Shown in pieces: positions 54,270 to 64,000 of a stretch of 64,000 nt of DNA. The position numbers and the translations under genes are program-made. Every line of letters begins with the position of its first letter. Position 1 is the first letter of the stretch. This stretch comes from Mobula hypostoma (taxonomy: Eukaryota): NCBI RefSeq assembly GCF_963921235.1, contig NC_086097.1, positions 51,958,001 to 52,022,000 of the forward strand. Reading direction: 5' to 3'. The notes under the pieces were generated by a model. It searched no databases. It saw only the letters and a program-made list of their open reading frames with translations, and was not told the DNA's origin.

Positions 54270-54718
54270 AAGGATTCTCATTGAGTTGTCAATTTGACCA
54301 AAACCTTTGCCTGCTCCACCTGAGTGACATCGCAGATGCTGGTGCACAGTTTTGAAGAGGACCAGGGAAACAACCGCTAGTGTTGTGGCTAATATTTATC
54401 CCTCGATTAACATCACTAAAACATAGCTCTGTAGAGGATATGGTTCCTCTGGTCACAAACTGGTGAGAAACATTTGCCAAAGGGTATGACTCTCACCCTG
54501 ATCAGAACGCGTACCCCATAGCTCCTCTCTCTCCTCAACACAAGTTTCACGGTGACTTGAGTGAGATGAGCTCCCACTCTTCGAGACGATTAGACTCTTA
54601 CACTGAATGTATACATGCCAGCAACATGAAAGAGGTTGAAAATAGATTATCTTAAATTAGTCTCATTGCTGTTTGCGGGAGCTGGCTGTGAACAAGTTGT
54701 CAGCTGTGTTTCCCACGT
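54270..54718 (+). mobile_element. Old Deu-type (SacSINE1-like) SINE remnant with an internal ~215-bp insert
   Basis: ggctaatatttatccctcgattaacatcactaaaaca ... gattatcttaaattagtctcattgctgtttgcgggagctggctgtg; assignment is from my recollection of the family consensus. Confidence 0.45.
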
Positions 54719-56560
54719 TCATCATCATCATCATCCTCAGCGATCACTCGTACTCGAGTATGATTCTTCTCCTGGTGGTTGATCTGGTCACTTGTAGGTC
54801 TTGAGATGATTGAAGAGGCTGATCCATCATCCACAAGTCCTAGTGCAGTGTTGGCAGGTGCAGGTCATTGGGGTGGTGGTGGGTGTAGCTGGTTGGGCCT
54901 CTCTCAATCTCTCCTTATGTTGAAGCCACTTAGTCTCAGCAGCATGGTGGAGTTATTCTTTGAGCTGTGCCATCCCCTCATGGACAGTCCTTCTCCAGCT
55001 TTCCCTATCCTGTGCTAATTTCTCCCACCCATTCAAGTTGATCTGGCACTTCCCTAGGTGGGTCTTGATATTGTCCTTGAACTGCTTTTTCTGCCCTCCA
55101 GGAGTGCGCCTTGCATCCTTGAGTTGGCCAAACAGGAGCTGTTTAGGGATGCAGGGGTCAGGCATGCGGATGATGTGGCCATGCATCGCAATTGGTCTTG
55201 AGTCACGATTGTGACCATGGATTTAATGTTAGCTTCCTCCAGGATGCTGGAGTTAGTACACCTGTTCTTCCCGCTAAACCTCAGAATCTTTCCGAGGCAT
55301 CTTTGATGGTAAGTTTTAGGGATTTTACGTGCCTGCTGTATGTTGTCCATGACTCTGCTCCATATAGCAAGGGGGGGGAGGACTACAGCTTTATAGACCG
55401 GAAGCTCAGTTTTGGTCTTGATATTCCGATCTTCTAAAGCCCTCTTTCTCAGCCTGGCAAAAGCTCCACTCGCACAGCCTATTATGTGATTTATTTCAAG
55501 GTCAAAGTTGGCTCATGAAGAAAGAAGGATGCCAAGATAAGGCAAATGATCAGTGTTCTCCAGAGGGATGTTGTCAACTTGGATGGTTGGAGGTTTAGGA
55601 GCTTGATCTGGAGCAGGTTGGTGTGGGACTTGGGTTTTCTTGATGTTTAGATCAAGTCCCGGGGCTTGTATGCTCTGGCAAAAGCATCCATTATGCACTG
55701 CAGATCCTCTTCAGAGTGAGCTATGATGACATTGCCATCTGCGTATTGGAGCTCCATGATGGAAGTAGTTGACATCCTGCTCTTTGCCTTGAACCTGTTA
55801 AAATTAAAGAGCACCCCCCACCCCATCTGTCCTATAAAGAATCTGGACTCCTTGCGGGAGGTGTTGGCCGATGAGGTGAAGAATGGTTGCAATGAAAACG
55901 GTAAACAGAGCTGGGACAATGATGATATCACTGTGTAAGAGCTGCAGGATCTTCAGGTATTTCTCGGGGCACCTGATTTTGGACAAATGCTTTTGTAAGG
56001 TCTATGAAGACCATATAAAATGGGAGATTGTGTTTCCAGCTTTCTCCTGCAATTGATGTGCTGTGAAAATCATGTCGGATGTTCCTCTGGCTGGACGGAA
56101 GCCACACTGAGACTCAGGCTGGAGATCCTCTGCTAGAGGTGAAAGCCAGTCACATGAAATTCAGGTGAGTACCTTTCCTGTTATAGAGAGGAGGGAGATG
56201 CCTCTATAATTTCTGTAGTCAGCTTTGTCACCCTTTTTGAAGAGTGAGACAATCAGAGTGTCCCTGAGTTCAGCTGGAATCTTCTCCTTGTCCTAGATCT
56301 TGACAAGCAGGTTATGATTATGATTTAAAAGTACTGCACCACCTTCCTTGAGGATTTCTGCTGGAATTCTATCAGGGCCAGTGGTCTTGTTGTTCTTCAA
56401 TTTCTTGCAAGCCTTCTGCATCTCTTTGATACTAGGAGGCCTATTCATGTCCTCCTTCATGGGTTGTTGTGGGAGTTGGTTGATGACTTCAATGTTAACA
56501 GTGGTGTTATGATTAAGTAGCTCCTGAAAGTGCTGCTTCTATTTTTAGGGCACCTTTTCT
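54719..56560 (-). mobile_element. RTE (BovB-like) LINE, degraded RT through 3' end
   Basis: CPEKYLKILQLLH, IMELQYADGNVIIAHSEEDLQ, GHIIRMPDPCIPKQLLFGQL...GGQKKQFKDNIK; tail (TGA)n at 54719-54735. Confidence 0.88.
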
Positions 56561-56929
56561 AGTCCCTTCTCCATGTGGGGTCCTGAATGGGGCTGCTCAG
56601 TCGTGGGTGTAGCTGCAGAAAAGCTCTGCCTGACTCAGTCTAAGAGAAATGCGACTGTATCTAACACCCACCGCCTGTGTGCATGGTTGTGGCTGAGAGT
56701 GCCCTGACTTCACTGTCCTGCTCCTGTCACCATTTCCTGATCACCACAAGGCTTTGTCCAAATTGGTCGATCCGATTACCAACCCAGAAGAAATGCCTAG
56801 GTGTGAGGTCTTTTAACATGTGGAGACTGATACACAAACAGCCCACACAGTCCCACATTATAACAGTGTTTACTTCTCGGAAATGCTTCTTTGGTGTACC
56901 ACAGAGTGGGAGATCCAAATTTCGAATCA

Positions 56930-57985
56930 TAGTATCATAGAATCATAGAAATCTACGACACATTACAGGTCCTTCGGCCCATAATGTTGTGCTGACCATG
57001 TAACCTACTCTAGAAACTGCCTAGAATTTCCCTACCGCATATCCCTCTATTTTTCTAAGCTCCATGTACCTATCTAAGGGTCTCTTAAAAGAGTTAGAGA
57101 AGATGACGGCGCGACACAGCTCGCAGCGGACACTCCAGTGGTGTTGTCTGTTATTTGTCAAGTAGGGTGCTGTGCACAATCCTGATTTGATGGAGACGGA
57201 TGTGAGAGCACAGAGGAACATCTGGTGAAACTTCTGAAATGCCTGCTTTGCTGCTGCTGCTACTGTGTGGTCCAGAATCTCCGGAGGAGAAGGCCCCGAG
57301 TCCTCAGCTTTGCTTGTTGCTCAGCGGCCGGGGCGGGGTCGACGCGCTCGGCAGAGGATGGTGCTCAGAGGGGCTGTGTCGGAGGGGCTGGTCGGAGGCT
57401 CAAAGTTTTCGGACGGACTCAGAGTCTGCTGCGGTCGGGTGCTTCCAATGGTGCTGCATCAGCAAGTTGGCGGCACTTGGAGGTTCATGGTGGGGAGAGT
57501 TCCTCCCTTCTGCTGCCTGCATGAGATGATGAGTCTATCGGGACTTTGAGACATTTTTTTTTAACCGTGTCCATGGTCTGCTCTTTATCAAATTATGGTA
57601 TTGCTTTGCACTGTTGTAACTATATGTTATAATTTGTGGTTTTGTCAGTTTTAGTCTTGGTTTGTCCTGTGTTTTCCTGTGATATCATTCTGGAGGAACG
57701 TTTTATCATTTTTTAATACATGCATTTCTAAATGACAATAATTGAGGACTGAGTGTCCTCATGATCTAATCTAAAAGACCCTATTGTATCTGCCTCCACC
57801 ACTGTCGCTGGCAGTGTATTCCACGCACCCACCTCTCTCTGTGTGAACAGCTTACCTCTGACATCTCCTCTGTACCTACTTCCAAGCACCCTAAAACTAT
57901 GCCCCCTCGTGTTAGCCATTTCAGTGCTGGGGCAAAAAGCCTCTGGCTAGCCACACGATCAACACCTTTCATCATCCTATACACT
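56930..57985 (-). mobile_element. CR1 LINE 3' fragment interrupted at 57093-57771
   Basis: RGHSFRVLGSRYRGDVRGKLFTQRE; tail (TTCTATGA)n at 56930-56950. Confidence 0.85.
57093..57771 (+). mobile_element. Non-coding LINE-derived retroposon, copy 2, with a 7-bp TSD
   Basis: TAAAAGA flanks it at 57086-57092 and 57772-57778. It starts GAGAAGATGACGGCG and ends GAGGAC-TGAGT-GTCCTC-ATGATCTAATC. Confidence 0.85.
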
Positions 57986-58839
57986 TAAGAATCTTTCCTG
58001 AAAAATCTATTTAATGGCAAGTTATTCCATGTATTGTTTTAACAGACATTGAAATGCCAGCCACATTTAAATTGATTAACTTTTAATGAATCCAGAGACT
58101 TTAGTAAACTATATCTCCCTGTGGCTTTGGCCTTCTCCTTTCTTGAATTTATATTGGTTAGTTCTTATTGACAAAGCATTTTGCATTTCCTACACCTGGG
58201 ACAAGCCATTAACATTCCACATGAGTGTGGTAATATCATATATCCATTCCACTGCTGAAAATAAAATGAGAAAAATATATGTAAACAAAATAAACATCAA
58301 CAAATAATTGTTTTAGTTTATTTTTGGAAGTGAAAAATCTGTGTCACATGGGCTCCCGTTGAGCTTTGGATGGAATTGCTTTAGGCAGTTTATTTTTTTT
58401 TATCGGTGTGAATGATTCCAATAAACTTTGAGGGTCTTGGCTTGTAAAACAGAACTTTCATTTACATCAGCCATTTGACAACAGCTCATTCAGCTAAACT
58501 AATTACAGGTGTTATGACTCATAACCATGTTCAACCACGGAAACTTCAGCACAACATTTCCAGCCCCATCCCTTGGCTTAAGCTATATTATTATTTTCTA
58601 ATAATATGATGATCTGGAAAAGAGCTAATGGTTCTAATGTGCTTAATCTGCCCCACAACTTCTGTTCAATCCCACATAATTACTATTTTATTTCCCTGCA
58701 GCTCCTTTGAGTTGGAGGTCTCGTAACCTCAGCTGTCCTACAGAGACAACAAGACGTCAGGAGGCAGAACCAGAGGCACAGCCCTGTTTTGACATCTTTT
58801 GATCCCAAATGTCTTTTCAACTGTTTCTACAGGTCTGTC

Positions 58840-58926
58840 TGATGCTAATTGCATTTCATTGGCTTTGTATCTATACTCGGCACAATGACAATAAAGTTGA
58901 ATCTAATCTAATCTAATCTAATCTAA
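58840..58926 (+). repeat. Short LINE 3' tail ending in (AATCT)n
   Basis: atgacaataaagttgaatctaatctaatctaatctaatcta. Confidence 0.7.
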
Positions 58927-59349
58927 AAAAACAATGTGAAAAGAATTAAATAATTATAAAAAATTGTTATTTAGTAATGTGATCACGTAACTCAGAAGCA
59001 CATTTAACTGAGGTAAACTGACAAAAATATGACCATTAATTAAAATAAATGATACTTTCTTTTCTAACAATTCATTCATTCATTCATTTTAAGGGAATCG
59101 ACAATGCTCTATTCACTGGTCACAAGATAGCCAGGTGGTGAAGGGCTGACATAAAGGAATTCTGATCACTCACCTCAGCATGACTCAACTCTGCCTCTGA
59201 ACCCAACAGTGGAGTGGTGTTACCTGCTCTTCATGTTGTTAAGAACATATGCATAATGGCAGAAGTAGATCTGCTGAGGTGAAGAGAGAGGAATGCTCCC
59301 CATAGAATTGCCATCACCAACAAAGGATGATCTAATCTATTATATACAC

Positions 59350-60137
59350 ATTTCAGAAGCCAGTATCTATATATCCATTACTAATCCATAGTCTTGAGTT
59401 CTAAACCAGGAGCCAGGTTTATGCAGTGCATAAATGCAGGAAGCTTCACCTACCTTTTTTTTTCCACAAGGAAAACAGGAAAAGTATTCAACTTCTAACT
59501 AGAAACAAGATCACTTCACCTTCAGGCATTGAACTGCAGTGTACAGACCTCATTTACAGAAGGACAAGTTTAGAAGTCAAGTTCCAAGGCATCACTGATT
59601 TGTTCACTGAGGAATATGAGAGGCTGTGGAAAGGATTTGCCTCACATGTAACTTCTGTACAGCAAAGATCCTTCACTAGCTCACCAGACTGCCCTCTGAC
59701 AACAAACATATACAGTGAGATCCGGAAAACTTAGACTTCATGTACTTCAGGAGCCACCTCCCAATGAAGCCAACATTTAGTGATGAAATTCACTGTTGTT
59801 TTCAGTGCATCAGCACAGCCTTTGGCTGTTTGAAAAGAGAGTCCTTGGAGATCAAGATATCAAACCCAGCACAAAGCCCACGGTTTACTGGACACCGTAG
59901 CCCATTATACTCTTCTGATTTAATGGGGAGATCAGGGGACTGAACAGAGATTCAGTGCTGTGGTGATTGACAGAGAGGATTACCTGTAGGTATGGATCCA
60001 GTGCTAAACTATAAAGACCTTGATATTCCAGAACATCTCAACAATGGTGCCTTCCAGAACAATATGGTGTAATTTTCCCTGACATTCCTGTTTAAAAATG
60101 AATATTGCATGATCTACTTAATCAACCCTTGTAGGAC
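59350..60137 (+). repeat. Long inverted repeat, right copy (partner 51694-52435)
   Basis: Reverse-complement match; contains the RTE-like remnant DEIHCCFQCISTAFGCLKR. Confidence 0.9.
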
Positions 60138-60139
60138 AA

Positions 60140-61268
60140 TGTGTTTATCTAAGATACTCTTAAATATCCCTATTATATCAGCCTCGATCACCATCCCAGG
60201 CAGTGCATTGCAGGCACCTACTGTTCTCTGTGTAAAAAAACTTCTTCTGACACTGTGACATCTCCCTTGAACTTTCCTCCACTCAACTTAAACTGATGTT
60301 CTTTGGACATTGTCACCTTGGGGGAAAAAGGCATTAGCTGTCCACTCTATCTATGCCTCCCATAATCTTAAACACTCTATCAAGTCTCTTCTCATCCTCC
60401 TTCACTCCGAAGAGAAAATCTCCAGCTTGCTGATCATTTCTTCTTAAAGCATGTTCTCTAACCCAAGCAGCATTCTGGTAAATGTCCTCTGCATCATCTC
60501 TAAAGCCCTCTCTTAGATTCTCTAATCCAGTCCCCTAAAGCACCCACTTGGAAATTTTGCAATTGTGTGGGTTCACTGCTGTCATTTTAAATAACTCTTT
60601 GCCAGAATGTATTTTTGTTTATTTTGCCATATTTCTAATGAATGCGATGATTCACAACCTAAAAATATATTGAGAAGTGTATACTATATATACAATCCTT
60701 GGGTCCCAGCTGACTTTCTCTGTCATATGCCAGGAAAGTTTCCTAGCAGCAGCGTATCAGAATCACCTAAGCTCTTTTACATCCAATAAATTGCCTTTTA
60801 ACCATATGACAATAATATGTATCATAAGACATAGGAGCAGAAATAGGCCACTTAGACCATTGAGTTTGCTCTGTCATTCCATCATGGCTGATCTGTTAGC
60901 CCTCCCGACCCCATTCTCCTGCCTTCTCCTCATAACTTTGATGCCCTTACGAATCAAGAACCTATCAACCCTGCTTTAAATATACCCAATAACGTAACCT
61001 CCACAGTCATCCGTGACAATGAATTCTACAGATTCACAACCATCTAGGCAAAGAAATTTCTTCTCATCTCAGTTCTAAAGGAATGCCCCTCTATCTGAGG
61101 CTGTGCCTCTGGTCCTAGACTCCACCACTGTTGGAAACAGCCTCTCCACATCTACTCAAGCTAGGCCTTTCATTAGTCAATGGGTTTAAAAGAGATCCCC
61201 CTCATTCTTCTAAATTCTAGCCAGAACAGGCCCACAGTAATCAAATGCTCCTCATATGTTAACCCTTT
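60140..61268 (-). mobile_element. Two CR1 3' fragments (60140-60510 and 60823-61268)
   Basis: Reverse complement of the CR1 C-terminal region (RRMRRDLIECLR) and the tail cataagacataggagcagaaataggcca. Confidence 0.75.
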
Positions 61269-61269
61269 C

Positions 61270-63322
61270 AGAATCAATCAGGTTTAATATCACTGGCATG
61301 TTTCATGAAATTTGTTAACTTTGTGGCAAAAGTACAATGCAATGCATGATAAATATAGGGAAAAGACTGTATTACAGTAAATATATATACTTAATACTTT
61401 ATTGTTGCTGAACAATTGATACTGGAACGTACAATCATCACAGCGATGTTTGATTCTGCGCTTTCCTCTCCCTTGATTACTAATATTAACTATTAAAAAT
61501 AGTAAAAATTAGTAAATATTAGAAATTTAAATTATAAATCATAAATAGAAAATGGAAAGTAAAGTAGTGCAAAAAAAACTGAGAGACAGGTCCGGATATT
61601 TGGAGGGTACGGCCCAGATCCGGGTCAGCATCCGTTCAGCAGTCTTATCACAGTTGGAAAGAAGCTGTTCCCAAATCTGGCCGTACGAGTCTTCAAGCTC
61701 CTGAGCCTTCTCCTGGAGGGAAGAGGGACAAAAAGTGTGTTGGCTGGGTGAGTCGTGACCTTGATTATCCTGGCAACACTGCTCCGATAGCGTGCGGTGT
61801 AAAGTGAGTCCACTGACGGAAGATTGGTTTGTGTGATGTGCTGCGCGCTGTTCACGATCTTCTGCAGCTTCTTCCAGTCTTGGACAGGACAGCTTCCATA
61901 CCAGGTTATGATGAACCCTAGAAGAATGCTTTCTATGGTGCATCTATAAAAATTAGTGAGGGTTTTAGGGGACAGGCCAAATTCCTTTAGTTTTTTCAGG
62001 AAGTAAAGGCGCTGGTGGGCCTTCTTGGCAGTGAACTCTGCTTGGTTGGACCAAGTCAGGTCATTTGTGAGATTGACCCCAAGGAACTTAAAGCTTTTGA
62101 CCTGTTCCACTTGCGCACCACCGATGTAAATTGGGTCAATACAATATATGTATTGTATTTTAAATAGTTGAGTTACAATAAGTAGTTCAAAAAAAGAAAT
62201 AAATTTAAAAAGTAGAGGTAGTGTTCATGGATTTAGAAATCGGGTGGCAGAGGGGAAGAAGCTGTTCTTGAATCACTATACGTGCCTTCAGGCTTCTGTA
62301 CCTCCATCCGGATGGTAACGATGAGAGAATGGCATGTCCTGGGTGGTGAGCGTCATTAATGGTGGACGCCACTTTCCTGAGGCATCGCTCCTTGAAGCTA
62401 TCTTCAGTACTATGAAGGCTAGTACCCATGATGGAGCTGACAAATTTTACAATTTTCTGCACCTTACTATGAACCTGTACAGTAGCCACCCCCCCCCACC
62501 CCCACACTTACCAGACAGTGATGCAGCCTCTAAGAATGCTCTCCATAGTACATCTATAGAAGTTTCCGAGTATTTTAGGTGACAAAAAAAAAGTTTCCAA
62601 GTATTTTAGGTCTCCTCCAACGCATACTGAAATATAGCGCTGTCTTGCCTTCTTTATAGCTGTATCAATATGTTGCGACCAGTTTAGGTCCTCAGAGATA
62701 TTGACACTCAGGAACTTGAAATTGCTCACTCTTTCCACTTCTGATGCTTCTATGAGGACAGGTTTGTGTTCCCTCGTTCTACCCTTGCTGAAGTCCACAA
62801 TCAGATCTTTGGTCTTACTGATGTTGAGTGCAGGGTCGTTGCTGCGACTCCACTTAACTAGTTGGTATATCTCATTCCCGTACACCCTCTCATCACCATC
62901 TGAGCTAAGTGTGTTTTTAAATGTTGCTGCTGTAACAAAAGAATTTCCCACTCAGGATCAATCAGATATTTATTATTATTATTATTATTTCCAACCTGCA
63001 TAGATTGTGGTCCTCTGGTTAGGAAGTCAAGGATCCATTTGCAGAGGGAGGTTCTGTAGCTTTTCAATCAGGATGGTAGGAATGATGGTGTTGAAATGAA
63101 CAGCATCCTGACATGGGTATTTGTATTTTCCAGGTGATCCAAGTCTGCGTAGAGAGCCATTGAGATCGTGTTCTCTGTAGACCTATTGTGGCAATAGGCA
63201 AATTGCAGTGGGTCCAGGATTACCGAGACAAGATTTGATTCTAGCCATGTCGAACTTCTCAAAGCACTTCATCACCATAGATGTGAGTGCTACTGAGCGA
63301 TAGTCATTAAGGCAGCTCACGC
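61270..63322 (-). mobile_element. Rex1 LINE with a nested younger Rex1 (61392-62137) and a short LINE tail (62905-62990)
   Basis: [42 protein letters not shown]. The nested ORF 61625-62110 reads FKFLGVNLTNDLTW...KKAHQRLYFL. Confidence 0.85.
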
Positions 63323-63324
63323 TA

Positions 63325-64000
63325 CAGGCAGTCCCCGGGTTACCAACGAGATCCGTTCCTAAGTTTGTCTTTAAGTCGAATTTGTAGGTAAGTCCGAACA
63401 GGTACATACGATTCTTATTTAGCGTCAGTCAAATGTTTGTCTTGGTATACAGTATATATATTACCTTTCTATGCATTAGACCCCAGCGCCGATTCCCCGC
63501 CACCTCCACCTCCCAGTAGTGTCTCTGCAATGTGAATCCCTCCGATCCCAGTACACAAGCCCAGCTTGTGAATCTCTTCCCAGTGTCAGTGAGGTCCCTT
63601 TGTGTTCCGGTACATCTCACACTCTTCCAACCTTCAGACACCTCCATTTCCCGATACACCTCAACATCCAGGGTGACAGAAACGGGGAGAAAAGCAGAGA
63701 ATTAGAGAGTCCCCGTGGATTGGGAGGAGACTCGGGCAGCGCGGCCCGCAGGACCGGGAGAAGGCTGCTGAGCCTCAGGCACAGTCGGGTAGCCGACAGG
63801 AACTGTTTTCAGAGTTTTATCTAACTACAGCGGATGGACAACCAGTATCCCCCCGAGATTTATCCTCCAGGACGGAGAGCAGATTTCCCAGTCAACACAC
63901 ACAAAATGCTAGAAGCAGAATGTGTTCGGAGAGACGGACAGGCTTTATGGCAGTCCGTTCGTAAGTACGAGTTGTCCGTAGGTCGGACATTCGTAACCCA
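63325..64000. mobile_element. Tigger/pogo-like non-autonomous DNA transposon (right TIR cut by the window edge) carrying host-gene sequence
   Basis: Left end TA|CAGGCAGTCCCCGGGTTACCAACG. The last bases CATTCGTAACCCA are the reverse complement of the GGGTTAC(C/G)AA(C/T)G TIR core. Subterminal CGTAAGT/GTAAGTCC motifs occur at both ends. Confidence 0.75.
63477..63682 (-). pseudogene. TRIM-family B30.2 (PRY plus start of SPRY) last-exon fragment, truncated
   Basis: Translates VSVTLDVEVYREMEVSEGWKSVRCTGTQRDLTDTGKRFTSWACVLGSEGFTLQRHYWEVEVAGNRRWGL. It is preceded by a branch-point/polypyrimidine tract (ctctaattctctgcttttctccccg) that lacks a canonical AG. Confidence 0.85.

Noticed and set aside
63429..63659. 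Functional TRIM gene
   Set aside because: The SPRY domain is truncated, the acceptor AG is missing, there are no other exons, and it is enclosed by transposon ends.

Overview
This window is eukaryotic, AT-rich DNA dominated by transposons, and most likely intronic or intergenic. The mix of CR1 LINEs, Rex1/Babar LINEs, V-SINEs, a Deu-type SINE, Penelope elements and a TRIM PRY-SPRY fragment suggests a cartilaginous fish (shark or ray); this is inference from repeat families only. No intact host gene, RNA gene or CRISPR array could be supported. Nearly all long ORFs are decayed retroelement fragments (CR1, Rex1, L1/Tx1, RTE, Penelope, Gypsy), and many are nested. Five observations stand out. 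(1) A Tigger/pogo-like non-autonomous DNA transposon at the right edge carries a captured TRIM B30.2 (PRY-SPRY) exon fragment and its upstream intron. (2) Three copies of a composite Tc1/mariner-type element have ends that are each a self-palindromic ~65-bp mini-MITE, and the element carries a LINE tail. (3) Penelope-associated minimal hammerhead ribozyme motifs occur, including a ~190-bp palindrome with two back-to-back hammerheads. (4) A non-coding LINE-derived retroposon has a YY1-like head and a 3' hairpin. (5) A ~750-bp inverted repeat pair flanks ~7 kb. All coordinates and family assignments were made by eye and are approximate.
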